64,000 nucleotides of DNA, taken from positions 124,001 to 188,000 of the forward strand of contig NIVC01001638.1 of the NCBI GenBank assembly GCA_002269645.1, in the 5' to 3' direction. A model generated the notes under the pieces. That model saw only the letters and a list, made by a program, of their open reading frames with translations, was not told where the DNA came from and ran no database searches. Shown here piece after piece: positions 12,601-26,900 of this stretch. The position numbers and the translations under genes are program-made. This stretch comes from Macrostomum lignano (taxonomy: Eukaryota). Every line of letters begins with the position of its first letter. Positions within the stretch are counted from its first letter, which is position 1.

Positions 12601-13363
12601 CAAATGCTGCATGCTTATATACAATCCGGCAGACGTTTAGATTTAGTTCGCCTTGGCTCAGCCGAGACCGTTGGGGGAAGGGGATGTTACGATAACGCTT
12701 GGTCTGGGCTTGGACAAGGAACGTCGGGCGTGTGACTATCGATTTTTTTCAATGCCTTCTCTCAGAAAGAGTGGAGAGCGGGAGTGTACTTGGCTGAGTG
12801 TACACTGGGGGGGGGGAGGGCTTCCACATTCATTCCGAACCCTGGCTAAGGCAGAGAGGGCGGGGGTAGTTATAGCAACAATAAAGCCTTCCCCTCTCTC
12901 TCCGCTCTTCCTTCTGGCCTTGCCCAATTCCACCCGTTAATTTAAGTATCAAGTCTTACACGGCTGCTGGTGCTGCGGGGCTGCCAGGACTGGCCGTGGC
13001 TTGTTTTAAGGCTTGAGAGCTGGAGAGGAATGCACGTAACTGAAATGAAGGTAACTTTTCTTCATTTCTTCATTTCTTCATTTGTTAATTCTAATCTGCA
13101 CTTAACCAGCTAGGGAACTTATTTATTAGGTATTTGTACGATATTTTAAAGAAAAACTTGAATAGGCCTAAGTAAGTCACTGTAATTTAAGTCTCCTGCA
13201 AGTCCCTAAAATACCTATATACGCGACTTTCAGTTTAGTACTGATGCTTATAATTTTATTTCTAGTTAAAAAAAGCAAAAAAATAAATAATGAAATTTAT
13301 ATAATCTATTCATCTTAATAGAATGAAGCAACAGATACTAATCTTTCAAGGACTATAATGCAT

Positions 13364-14634
13364 GGCAGTGCTTATCCCCACGGTACCGTGGGAATGGTTT
13401 CTGTTTTATTCCAACAGTATCATGCGAATAATTTTCTGCTTATCCGCATGGCACACTGACGAGATAGCTGCCCTATCTTCTATATATGCTGTGTGGGAAG
13501 TTTAGTACATACGATCCATAGTCAGGAAGGTGTCCGTACGCCGGAATTTTCCGGCGTACATCAGCCCCCCCCCCCAAAAAAATGGCGTACAGTTTCGCGT
13601 ACACGCGGTCCGAAAAATGGCGTACAGAGTTCTTGGCGTACACAACACAGTTTTCGCATGCAAAAATCTGTCCAAAAATCGGCCTACAATATTTGCATGT
13701 GATTGGCGTACGAACAAACGTTTAAAAAACCTGCAAACAACCCATTTACTTCGACAAAGTATTGTATATCGTTCAATTTTAGTGAATTGGTAAATCTATT
13801 TTCATCTTTAAAACGCTGAAATTACGTAAATTTTAAATCTGATTTATTGTTAACAAAACTTTACTAAAGTTTTGTGTAAGTCAGTTATTTATTTTAACTT
13901 ATTAACTAATTCTGTACAATAATTACTTTAGTATTTTAGATTTCTTCACGTTACAACAGATGACATACAGGTAAGTTAAGATTTAAGTTGCAAATTTTGG
14001 CGTACGCTTTTTTGGGCTATTCAAATTTTGGCGTACGTCAAAAAGCGCTTTTTTAGGGCTTTTCAATTTTGGCGTACACAACATTTTTTCTTAATTTTCA
14101 TTCCGGCGTACACTGGACACCTTCCTGACTATGGCATACGATTTGAGTGCAGTCTAACAACATATCTTGGCTTGAACATTTGTTCTAAAGAAATAACTAG
14201 ATTTAACGACTTTTCTATGAGAAAGAATTTTTTTGTGTAGTAACAAATGATTTAAATTAAATTAATTCTAAGAATTGTTTATTATTTAAATTTTTAGCAA
14301 AGTCTAATCTGATCTTGCCGTGATTTATATAGTCCATTGCCGCTTCCGTAGAATTTTACTACTCATGTGAATTCACAATTTTGTTTGTATCGATTATTGC
14401 ATTGCTTTAACAATTCGCTTTATTCGCTTTATTCTTTTTATTCATGCAGAAGATAGGGCAGCTATCTCGTCAGTGTGCCGTGCGGATAAGCAGAAAATTA
14501 TTCGCATGGCATATGTAGAAGATAGGGCAGCTATCTCATCAGTGTGCCATGTGGATAAGCAGAAAATTATACGCATGGTACCATTGGAATAAGACAGAAA
14601 TTATTCCTACGGTACCGTGGGGATAAGCACTGCC
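13364..14634. mobile_element. Mutator-like (MULE) MITE with long TIRs
   Basis: TIR GGCAGTGCTTATCCCCACGGTACCGT... (~120 bp, partly duplicated on the right); perfect 9-bp TSD ATAATGCAT at 13355-13363 and 14635-14643. Confidence 0.85.
13516..14134. mobile_element. Nested MITE (P- or hAT-like; CCATAG termini)
   Basis: TIR CCATAGTCAGGAAGGTGTCC / GGACACCTTCCTGACTATGG; perfect 8-bp TSD CATACGAT at 13508-13515 and 14135-14142; internal GGCGTAC repeats. Confidence 0.88.
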
Positions 14635-15900
14635 ATAATGCATAGGCCTATTAATACAATATTAGTATTAACACTTCTTTTTATTATATTTATAGTTATT
14701 ATACATAGGCCTCAAATTTTACAATTTACATGTTTTATTAAATATAATAAATATTTCGCTTTCGGGCAAAATATTATTGAATTAGGCCTATCATACTAAT
14801 TGTTAAGCAGATATTATACCCATGCCCCATAATAGTCAGGAAAGTGGCTTAGCTCCATAGGCCTAGTCAAGAAGGTGCGCCATGTGTACTTAGAATAAAT
14901 TTCCCCCATTTTTTTCTAATGTGCCATGCACCAAAGCAATGTCAGGATTATGTACTAGTGTCCTACCCCTAGTGCCATTTATGTTGCGGGAATGTTGTAC
15001 AAATGTTGACGCGCAACAAGTGGTAAACGTTGCTAGAAGCGACCGTTTGTCGCGCAAAACAACGTTGCAGAATGGTTGACGCATCAACATTGCAAAATCA
15101 ACATACATCAACATCTGTGCAACATGTAGTCGTCGTGTCTACTATTAGTAGTATCTAATGTATGTGTATTATTCTATATACTACATATATTTCGTATCAC
15201 TTTCATTCTATAATATACGACGACTCTACTATTACACTTGCTTATGTCTTTCTTTCGCATGCCATGCATTAATTTTGGATTGTTGTTAAGGAACTTCTAC
15301 CGGTAGTAACACTGACTACATAGTAAAAAATCTGTAGCTTGCACACAGGTTCAAAAATCGAGACTCCTACATCTTGAAATAATACGAAAATACGGCCATG
15401 ACTTAGCATTTGCTAAAAAGAATAAGTAAAATAGCAAAAAACGTTTCGATTTAAAGGTCTGCGAAGATTAGCTAATGAGCACCATTAATTTTTTTTGTTT
15501 TATCGTAAACACATCAGATCAGACGGTTACCATTATAGTAGGTCAAGAAAGCAATAAAAATATTTACTACATTAGATGCGCATGATGTGTATCTTTGTGT
15601 GTGACTGCAAGCTGCAACCTGCAGTGTTTCTTTTAATGAATAAAAAAGTTAGCAGGAAAATAAGAGATTCGCAAAACTATTATTAATGGCAACTGCTATT
15701 TGCATGCTGGCAAAACAGACATGTCGTTCAGAAAAGATGCAAAGATAACTAGAGATCTGATGGCGATGATTAAAAACAGCTATAGCCTCCAAAGAGATTC
15801 ACCTAACCTAGAGCGAGTCTATACTGATCTTTGTTCTTAGAACTTAGAACAACTAGTTTTATTAAGCCACCAATCCCGTGAAGTCTGAACTCCTATTTAC

Positions 15901-18525
15901 TCAAAGTTGAGTAAGTGTACAACCGTCAACGTTGATGACTTCAAATCGTTGGCCGCCATTGTCATTATCTTCGCTGCTGTCGTGAGCGCCCTCGTCGTCA
16001 GAACTGCTGTCGCTCTCGCCACTTGCATCGCCGTCAGTGTTCATGTCTGCGCCGTCACCTCCGCTTTGCCGAGTGCTCCTTGGGCCTGCAGCCGAGTTCC
16101 GAAGTTCTCCAGTCGGACGCTGTGCGGACTGCTGTGAGCACCTTTTTCGGCGGAACCGAGTGCCTGAGTGGCGCAGATGTTCGCCCACCGCGGATTCAAT
16201 GGCCTCGCCTTTGGCGTCTTTGTGAACACTCCACACGACGTCTAAAAGTAGGTAAATACTGCCCATTAGTTTTGCTTACCCAAAGTAGATTAGTATCTAG
16301 ATATGGACGTACAGAATTGATATATATTTAACTAAGCAGCTTAAATACACATTTTATCATAGAAGAGACAAAATCCTAAGCACCATTATGTTGCTTACTT
16401 TTGATAAAAGGCAGCAGGCCAGTTGACTCAAAGCAATACTTGGAAACGCCAGAACGCTTGGCACCACGGAGACTGAACTGATGAGCAAGCTTGTCATCCA
16501 TGATGTGGTATAAGATATTAGCGACGGACTTCATTAGAGTTTTGCTGGTAAGCCGCTTGAAGAACAGAAACTGAAATGTGTGGAATGAATTCGAATGGTA
16601 GACTAGAAATTGAATTAATAAACTACAAGACATTACACATTAATAGTCATGTCTTGTAATGTGTTATATTCTCTCATAAAATACATGCGGCAGTTAAGCG
16701 GCATCCAGTCGCTTTTGTAAATCGTGCAATGATAAAAATCATACAAAATACTAGCACTCACTGCATCATTTAAGCAGCCTCGATCACTTGTTAGTCGTGT
16801 GGCCCACTCAGTCAGTTTATCGACTTCGGTAAATGGCAGATCTTGAAGTATAGGCCTGTCGGTTGGCTGTTGGCCGTGCTGGGCATTGCTGGAGTTTGCA
16901 CCTGTACTACGAGACGAAGAGTTCTGCAGAGCAAGAAACTGCAGGTGAAAGTCTTTCACCTCTGTAGCCAGGCCACAAATCGCACCATGCATCGCGCGCT
17001 GGGTTGCTAAAATGAAGAAAATTATCGAGAAGATGTATCAGCCAGTCAGGGATAATAGTCAGTTAGTGACTCAAATAGATTATTCTCTATACAAACCAGA
17101 TGAACCTCCGAAACGTTAAGTACAAATTAAAAAGTGTAAATCGCAGCAAAACTCAGAATCATGCGGAGCTGAATGTTTAATAGTGCATTACGCCATTTTA
17201 ATTTAAATCGTAACTTTACTTAATTCTGGAAATGAAGAGCTCGGATTAGAACTTCTAAATTTTCTTATATCAGCGCCTCAGTAGCGAAAGAAATTTTTTT
17301 AGCTGGCTTACTTTCAATCCGCCGCACGGCTGTCACTAGAAAGTCCAATATGTCTGCACGGCTCGCGTCGTAAACGCCAATCGCAGAGGCCGCGGCAGCT
17401 GCAGCAGAAGCAGGATGGTGCTGGATTCCATGCCCCATCGGAGAGGCCGCGGCAGATGCAGCAGAAGCAGGATGGTGCTGGATTCCATGCCCCATCGGAG
17501 AGGCCGCGGCAGATGCAGCAGAAGCAGGATGGTGCTGGATTCCATGCCCCATCGGAGAGGCCGCGGCAGCTGCAGCAGAAGCAGGATGGTGCTGGATTCC
17601 ATGCCCCATCGGAGAGGCCGCGGCAGCTGCAGCTAAATTGGTGCTGGTGCTGAAGCTGCCACAAGAAGACTGTGAAAACGGGCTCAGACTCGATGTAGTA
17701 GCATGAACTGCGCTTGCCAAGATGGCTTCATGTTGGATGGAAGCCAAATTCGAACTGCTGCTTATTGTCAAAGGTGGCCTCGTGCCATCAGGTTGAAACT
17801 TTGGTGGCGCTGACGACTGTCCAGCACTCCGGCTGTTACCCAGTGTAGAGGATTTGCTCTTTGTCGTTCTCTTTCGGCCGGTTTTTCGAGTCTCAATGTC
17901 GAAATTCTCATTGTAATAGTGGTCGACAACTTGAATTCTTCGTGGAGCATCTATATCAGTAGAATCAACTTCTCCCCGACTCTCGTACCGCTTCCGCAGG
18001 TTGACAGCAGCGGGAAATTGATCTGCATGAAGGGGAATAGACACATGTACATGTACACTATATAAAATTACATCCTTTATTATTAGCTATGAAAATTCGC
18101 TTTCACGTGGGACTTAGTCATCCCACATCTAATTAAACAAGAAAAAATATCAACCCCCCGATGTAGATAATAGGAGCCACATTGAAGTACTTTTTTCTAA
18201 TGTATACAAGAAAATAGTACAATAATTGCACTTAAGACTGGCTTCATATGTAATCATAGGCATATCATATATAATCTACCTATTTGAAAATAATTCTGCA
18301 TTAGCACATAAACTCACCTCTCGATCCAATGATGTCGACTTTGTAAGGCAACCAACTATCGTCTGGGACTGACTTCGACTGGTTTGTCAAGCAAGCCTTG
18401 AACTTTTTCAGGGGAGGGCACAAGACGCTGTCGCTGCCCTGAAGCCAGGAACGACGAACGATTTCAATTTCTTCAGTTTCATTGAAGCGAACAACAACAA
18501 ATGCATTCAGGTCGTTTAGACTCAT
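15901..18525 (-). CDS. Spliced EnSpm accessory gene with a DUF4806-like C-terminus (approximate exons 18301-18525, 17265-18044, 16800-16992, 16376-16633, 15901-16240)
   Basis: N-terminal AFVVVRFNETEEIEIVRRSWL; C-terminal SVANILYHIMDDKLAHQFSLRG...AVGEHLRHSG, typical of animal EnSpm accessory ORFs. Exon boundaries are approximate. Confidence 0.6.
17385..17632. repeat. 57-bp coding tandem repeat (ASPMGHGIQHHPASAAAAA), 4 copies
   Basis: Read directly inside ORF 17265..18044. Confidence 0.95.
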
Positions 18526-19024
18526 TCATAGACTTGGCCCGAATATGCTGAAATAAAAGTTGGAGGGAAACAAAGCAAAGTTAGAAAAGCTATCGGATCG
18601 GAACACATTTTCCTTTATTATTTTATAGTACTATGGGTGAAAACGCAACGCATATATTTCAGAAGCCTACCTTCACTAAAAATCTGTTAACAAACAGCAA
18701 AACCATTTTGCGAAGCAAAGAAAACCATCTAAAAAGGGACTGTCATATATTTCGCATGTCTATGCCTAATCATGTCTAGGTCTATATGCGATTGTTGGAA
18801 AGAATTTAATATGAAAGCATGAAATTAGTGACAGCGTGAAATGATAGTATGTTCTTCCCACAAACATTTATATTTTCTAATATTACCTGCTTACTCAGTG
18901 GGAGTGGCTAAAAATGAAACCAACATTTGCTGAATGAGAAAGCAGCTAGCTAGAAGAAGTCAGACAGAGAGTTCATTCAGTTGCTTCCAAACATTTGCAG
19001 AGAAATGCTTGATGTGCGTAGAAG

Positions 19025-20937
19025 CTACGCACAGTCGACCAATGTATGTAAAATAGGGAGAATGCAGGAACGATTTTTGAGACTTACAAGCATCGCTTTA
19101 CCATAGAAATCAGTCCATCGTACAGTTACGAGTGAGTTGCTTAAAGTATTGACAACGGAAATGTGCAGAGACATTGAGTCGAAAGTTTCGTCGTAGAGGG
19201 CGGTTTGCTGAATAAATTTCTTGCCAACGAAAATACAACCGACATCAGTAGAAATTATATGAGTGACTACAACTGCAAATCCATCTCGAGTTAAAATATA
19301 GCAGTCTGGATTAGCAACAGATATATACGTTCCACGCAATACAAGACTAACTTTACGGTAAATACCAAATGTCTGAACTCCTTGCAATGAGAAGTCTACA
19401 TTCGAAGATGCAATTGGACCGGAATATTCAAAAGGCGACTGAATAGAACACATGTGCTTAGGAAAAAAACCGAGAGTCACATCTCTCTCCAGAATTCGCT
19501 TCACAGTCTGCTCGAGAGCAAAACGTGGACTGCGAACAAACTGGGTAATAAAGCGGATAAAATTTTCGCCCCAAAAGCAACTAAAACTATCCAACGGACC
19601 ACGTCGACGAACTTCTGAAGGAATATGAATTATTGAATGCACAGTGTACACATAAACTCGTCACCCCAAATAATTGCACATTCATTAACAATGTGCTTTG
19701 CCAAATCTTCGGCATAAGAGCAGTACGTTTGACAAACCAAAGGATGCGACAATAGGAAAACAAACGAATGCAGAGAAAGAAATAATTGATACACAGATTC
19801 AGGGACGTTTCCAGCTAAAACAATTGGCGCCAAGTACAAAATAAACAATCTAAACTCAGTTGCCTTCCAAAGACCCACGCACTCAATCGACCGTGGCTTT
19901 CGTGCAAAATCATGCGGAATGCAAGACGAAATAGAACACAGATCAGCACTTATCTGACGAATATTAGGTCCAGATGCTCGATGGGGCAAGCGTCCCTTAC
20001 CGAGGAATTTTAAACATTTAGGAACAATACCCTCGTATATTAAGTGCATTGGATCCAGAGGAAAATCATGAACCATGTCGATGGGCAAACTTAAAAAAGG
20101 GCTTGGTAGAAGAACATGATTTGGGTATACATCACCTCTGAAGCCAAAGTCAGTTCGTAGTGCAGCACTTAGGTCAGAAAATGTCACTCTTCCATTACAA
20201 AAGTCCCCTTCAACAGTGCACTTGTCGCAACCAAAGTATCCCCAACATGCTTTTGTTCCTTTTACAAAGCTGCGTGCTGGTGAATCGCAGGTAATCATTG
20301 AAAGTTTAAAAGGTAATATGAGATCTGACTCTGAAGTGACAGTAGAGACAAATCCATCAGCCATCAAATCACGCAATTCAGTAATACAGTCGGCAAGAAA
20401 GTCCGAAGCAGAGAGGGGTTTGCCAGTTCCATAGTAAAGCCCGATTATAAAAACAGAATGAGACAAATTCGAAACTCTACCCAACACAGGCCACAATGTA
20501 TAGGTAGTGCTATTGTGCACTTTTGCACCATCAACAAAAAGGTGGAGGTTCAAGGAATCCAGACGAGAGCGTGATCCAATATTGCTCAGGAGAAAGTCAA
20601 GACCAGCTTTAACGCCAAAATGATAATATCGCCCTGGGTTGACATAGCGAAAAGTAAGCTCCCTTGGTGTAGTCATTAGTCCACGATAGTCAGCAGCTAG
20701 ACCAGGAAACTCGTCTTGTAGATTCTGAAGCAAGTAGTTCACGCACGGCACTTCTGGGCCTGTTGCTTTAACCCAGTCTCGAAGCATGGCCTCGAGTCTC
20801 GCACATTGGTTGTCATCAGAATGAAGGGCTGATTCAATCGTTGAAGAAGTCAGGTTTCCTAAATGTAAGAAATAAATAGCTAGAGTATTATCAAAAACTA
20901 TTAAAAAGATTATGCACATACTTGTTGATAAAATCAC
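19025..20937 (-). pseudogene. EnSpm/CACTA transposase (Transposase_21-like) with a single-base frameshift near 19645
   Basis: HLFVDGA, LWPVLG, TCDSPARSFVKG, GYFGCDKC, PLDPMHLIYEG, WKATEFRLF, VHSIIHIP...GPLDSFSCFWGEN. Confidence 0.92.
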
Positions 20938-23900
20938 ATTTTTACTCTAAATTTTTGTTTAACTTTCAAAGTTACAGAAAAAATTTAAGTTAATTTATTT
21001 GTAAAGCAGAAATGAATAATGGATGGTGTAAGGTTCATATTCAGTTTAGAGGATCAAGCACACTAAGATGTCAATAAAAAGTGTTGAAAGCAATTAGGGG
21101 TTATTATAAAAAATAGATACATTCAATCTTACCAACATCATCACTAGTCATCTCCTGGTATTCAAGTTCCATTTGAGACTCTTCTGTGGGCTCAGGAGCA
21201 GCATGAATTCCAAGCTCTGCCATAGGCTCAGTTGGCTGTTGACTTGGATCTTCAGTGTGACATGGGCAATGCAGCATAACTGCAGCTTCCTCGTAGCTTC
21301 TCTTATATGTCGTTGGACTGTTCGCTTACTGGCTCCATGAACAGATGTTGAGGAAAAACCTAGACAAATTATAGAGAAATGGATGAAATGAAAGCCTCAT
21401 AATTACGCCAGCATAATGAAGCCTTCTATGCCTTCAATACCTTGAGCAAGACCTAGCAAGAAACTGTCAGAGTATCAAGATCATACCCTTGATAATGAGT
21501 ACTCAACATAAGTATATGCTTATTGCAACATATATATAATATAAATTATAGCAAAAAATATGTTTATATTACAAATCTAATATACAATCCACAAATTTCC
21601 TAAAACTTGCATCTTGTGCTTTAAAGAAAATAATAATTGTTTAACAACATTGCAAGCTTTATTTTCTCCAAACAGAAGCATTATAGATAAAAAAATTTAC
21701 TCAAAGTTTTGCCAAAAGCAAAAATAAATCAAGTTGACAATTATCATTATGAACAAATCCCAAATACACCAAATTCATCATTTAGCATAGCAAACATTTT
21801 TATAGGCAAGGTTTGATTTAGGGTCTAATATAGTAGAACTAAAACTAATAAATATAATAAATAATAAAACTAATATAGGGTCTTTAGGAGCATATATAAA
21901 AATTAACAAATTAGGTTGAATACAAATAGCCAGCATTATATACTTTTAAGCTTGATACTCAAGTCTCTTGAATTTTGACTAGCACTTCATATCCAACAAA
22001 TAACTTTTCAATAAATTTTGTTTTATTTAAATTAATTTAGCTATCATTAGCTAGTTATTAAATATAACATTTCTTATGAAACAATCTTATACCATAGTCC
22101 AGAAGAAGGCATCTTGTACCCCAGAAATTTCTAGGGTACACTCAAGAAATTTAGCATACATTGGCATACACAAAAAGTGATTTTCTAAGGCTTTTGGCAT
22201 ATATGTTTAATATTTTTGTGACACACAAAGAATGAAAAGTTATGTTATTAATAATTGTTACAATAGTTGTCCATGCATACATTACTATAAAATTTGATAT
22301 AAAATTAATGCAAAACTGAATTCTGTTTTTTATAAGTTAAAAGTCATGATTTTTAACAAAAATGCACAAAGTTTACTTTTGTTTTTTTAATATATATAAC
22401 ATTATATAAATATAACTATAACTGTTATTTTTAGTTTTTAGCTCGTCTCATTTAAATTAAATATCTAAATCACCCATCATGTTCCATCACTTATTCCTAG
22501 CAATTTAGATGTTTTGTGTAAAGTATTATAAATGGTATATATTGGCATTAAAAGAATGTTGACAGTTTTTTTGTGGGGCACATATAGTGTTCTGAACTAT
22601 AGATCTTATACAAAAAATCTATGATTTGCAACACTTTTTATTTATAGTTGAAATTTGCTCTTTAATCATTTCTAAGTCTATTTTACATCCAAAATGCAAA
22701 AAAACTTATTGATATTTGCAATCTACACTTTAATCTTTATTTTGGCAGTCTTAGTCTTACTTCTTATAATAAAGGAATGTTTAGACAAACATTTTATGAT
22801 ATAGAGCAATAGGCCTAATATAGATATATAAATAGACTATACCAAATGGTATATAATTGAGGCAAACTTGAACTAAAAATAGTTAGTATATATATATATA
22901 TATATATATATAATCATATTTATACCAACAACATGAGTTTGTATTATATTTATATTATAGGGCCTAGCAACATATTATACTAACTAACCTTAAGTATTAG
23001 GCCTATACTAACAAATGTTTGGCCTAAATAAGGCTAAGCATAACATAATCAAAATACTTTATATATTAGATAAGCATAAAAAATATATATTAGAAACAGA
23101 GTTTCATTGCATTATTATTTACCTACAACAACTGTGTCTTCACTTAGAGTAGGTGCAGAAGCAGATGGCCCAGACAAAAATACAATATTAGATGCTAGAC
23201 CACTAAGGGCCTGGTCCTGATTATTTGCAACTTCAGGTTCAACTTGATCTTTGTCTATCTCTTGGGTAGTTTTGCAAGTTACAATCAAGTAAACAAAAAA
23301 AGCTATGGTTGTAATCCCAGGAGCAAACAAAAAAACTGGCATTCCCAACTTAATATAGTAGCCAGGCTAAGGCCTAGGCAATAATATTTTTATGTTCTTT
23401 AAGTTTAAATTCAAGGGCTAGTGTAGTAGGAAGAGCTTTGCAACAACAGATTTTTATCTAATTAATTTTAGTTACGTTTTTGTATTCTAGGCCTTCGACT
23501 TATGCCAACTTTAAAGCTAAGCAAACATGCAATAAACCAAATAAAAAGCTAAACAAAAAGTCAAATAGAAAGTTAGGTAAACAGTAGGCCTAAATAGCAA
23601 CGATTTTTTTTGCAGCTAGAAATCCGTGTCGATGTGCCTGACGGTAGAAATTAAATCAAGTTGGTTAGTAAAAACTGTAGCAGCTACATTTAACAAATCT
23701 TTACGTATACATTAAAGAAACAGATTCTTCTGAATTAGAATTACATAAATGAATAACTCCGTACAATTTTAATTTAAGGAGCTCCCGAATCTAAACGAGT
23801 TGCAATAATTCAATTGCCAGAAATTCACACATTTGAAATCTTTTTCTATATCAATGTTCCTGCAACAATTCAGCAACATTTTTATGTCAACGTTGATGCC

Positions 23901-26900
23901 AAGCGCGCGCTGTCAACAACGTCAATGTTGCAGCAACTAAAGATGGCACTAGGGGAATAAACCATCGTCCCACCTTTGAAGACGACAGCGTCTTCATTCA
24001 CTAGTAGAGTAATACTAAATACTGCTAATATTAGGATCAAGTTTTCGATAGAAAATCTTTATTCTGGAGAAATCTCCACGAATGTTTTTATTATTCTCTA
24101 AGGTACTCTACTGTAAGTAGAAATAAAGCTTTTATGTCAATTTTTAGTTAGCAATTCATAGTTTTGTTTTTATTTTAAAAATAAACAAATATACATAAAA
24201 GTAAAACTAAAAAGCGTATAGGTGAGGTGTGGGTGGTTTGCAAACTTTGAAGTTGGGGCAGTTAAGAAATTTTGAATTGCCGCCTGCGTTGGAGTTCACG
24301 CGTAACGTGTTTAAAGCCGGAAGAAATATCGCGCAGTCGAATCTCGTGGATTTATCCGCTGGGTTACTCCGTCTGCCGGGGTCCTCAATTCCGGGGGAGG
24401 GTAGTGAGGTCGGGGGGGGGTTAAAGAAATGTGCTCTTTGGTAGCCGGGTTTAATCTGTTCGTTCCAGCCGTTCGAATTGGTGCGCTTCGACGTTTCAAA
24501 CAAACTTAAACGAAGATCTCGGCTGGCAGATGATGGGGAGCTCCGCCTCTGAGTTCCTCAGGCTCAGGGGGAGGGTAGCTATGGTTGCGGCTGAGCGGTC
24601 TAGTTTTGCCGACGTTCAGAATGCCGAATGCAGACTTTGTAGCCGAAATGGGGACTTCAAAATAAGCTAAATTTTGTAGAGTCTTACTAATAGTAGTAGG
24701 TCGCTGCAACCACCGCGATTATACGTGGGAAAAGCTCTAAAGCTTACAACTAGCTTGAGTTCCGCTCTAGCGCTTCTCAGTATACCTCTAAGGGTCAAAA
24801 TAAATGCTTCCAAGGTCACGAAGGCTAAGACACCGTTTCACACAAGATTAAATGGGCCGAAGTAGCAAGTGGCCAAAACCGGATATTACTATTATTATTC
24901 AACAAACGCAAAGAGATTATTGGCTACAAACAAATACTAACTTAAATATTATTGTTAAATTGCTGGGCAAGGAGTTGGTCGGGTCGGGAGGTCGGGCTTA
25001 CAATTAGGGGCCTCTCGTAGTGGGCTGTAGCTAAGGAAAGCGGGCAATTCCACGGAGTTTGGGCAAGGGCCACGAGAGTCTGGCTGGGAAAGGTGGGGCG
25101 CAGACTCCTAAAAAGGGCTCTCATGAACCACTGGGAGGAAACGGGTTACCCTGGGTGGGACAGGAGAGACACCGGGTGGGGAGAGAGGAGGGTACACATG
25201 GTGGTGATGATCAAACACCGGGTGGACCCTAAGGAAAAGCACAGACAAACAAAAATTATACTGGAGGTGGGAAGGGAAATACCTTAAGGGAAACGGATTT
25301 CCACGCAGGGAAATGACGTCAGCAATGCGCAATTTACTGGTGAGCAAATCCACACGGCGGAATTGAGTTACGTTCGGTGGGAGTAGTGGGAGGCCTTCGC
25401 CTACCACAGTAGCTGAGGTCGTAATCTAGCGGTCATAATTAGACAGGGCATTCAAGTCCTCTGACAGCGAGGTTTTATGTGCGTCGATCTGCCTTAAAGC
25501 TTACTAAGAGTAGCGTAATGCTGCCACCACCATAATTTACGTATTACGGAACGTTATATTCTAAGAGCTTGCTTAGTTGAGAATGTTATTTTACGCCCCA
25601 TGGGTAAAGTATTTAGGATGAAGCTATGAACTTATTGATCAAAGAATAAATATGAATTAATGTCATCTATTTTTGGAGAGGCTGGATAATCAGTTCAACC
25701 GAGCTGCTACGCAAGATAATTCGCAGATGCCGCGGTGCGGAGAGGCTAGTTTTAGGGGGACTTAAGCGCTAAAGTAAGTAGTAAATATAGAAGCACGCAA
25801 TAACAAAAGTAAGCAAAAGGAGCAAAAGCAAGTTCGAAAGTTGGGTAAGAAGTAAGTAAGAAATAAAGTCAAGGATCGTTTCTTTTTAACAGGTAAGCAA
25901 AAGGTAGGTGGGTTAAATAGAAGCAAAACGAGTGAACGGGTTCCTCATTTTGGAAAAATATGTACCTGTCGCAGTCCTATTTTTCAACTTGTATTTGAAT
26001 ATTGCCCTTCCAAGTTGAGGTGCTCGACTCGGAGGGGGCCAGTTGGTGGCTGTTAAAATTATGCTACATGGTATTACCTGCGCTTCAAGGGAGTTAGTCT
26101 TAATTTTGTGGTGCAACTGCAGAGACCCTACGCTTATCAAAAGATGCAAACACTGAAACAGAATAAAGAATATCACAGCTGATAGTTTGTTTAAAAGGTT
26201 GTTACTGTAGAGGAAGTGAATAATGGGTACTTGGAACTGGACCGGGGGTAGTGCATGATCAAGATCAATCGCAAAGTTCACCTGGTCATTGAGAAGCGCC
26301 TAAGAAGACATAAGTTACTTAAAAAACGATAAACTGTGGAATAGAATTTTCTGGGTTTGGTCCTTGTAATAGTATAAATATCTTGAGTTCTTTTTAAATA
26401 GCATTAATTGAGTGGGCGACTAATCTTTCCTTGTTTTCTCATCTATCTATGTAGTTATAGCTGATTTTTTCTCCATGCTGACGCATCAATAGCAAAAAAT
26501 ATGCTTCTATCAGAAAAAAACATAAATGGTAAAATGTGAGATATTAAGATGGTAAGGCAACCTTGGCAGTATGAAGAGTATTGTGGGAGTCTTGAAATTT
26601 TTATTTTCTTGCCTGAAATACCTTGAATCACCTGCACTGCATCGACCTGTGCACAGCAGATTGCCTTTTCCAGCGTTGTGAGGCGCCGCCCCGTCTTTGC
26701 CAGAGCCGAATGGAATGAGTGAGCCGACGCCAGGACCTGTCCATCACCAGAATTTCGTACTTCTGTTGATCTGGCTCCGTTGATAGTAGCAATTCTCTCA
26801 TGTACTTGTCCCGCTGAAGCAGACAATAGCTCGTATGGATTTGAAAGCCAATTGCCGATAGCGATCCTTGGTAGAATTCTTCCAGCAAGTTCGTCTCCGG

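Larger units (their letters stand above)
14966..23955 (-). mobile_element. Near full-length EnSpm/CACTA (CMC) DNA transposon, ~9.0 kb
   Basis: TIR CCCCTAGTGCCAT / ATGGCACTAGGGG with subterminal TGTTGC/GCAACA repeats; internal transposase and spliced accessory gene; no matching TSD found. Confidence 0.85.

Noticed and set aside
17385-17632. CRISPR-like or regulatory 57-bp repeat
   Set aside because: Perfect tandem, in-frame coding repeat within the EnSpm accessory ORF.
14960-23960. TSD for the first EnSpm element
   Set aside because: Flanks (TA / AA) do not match as a 2- or 3-bp duplication.
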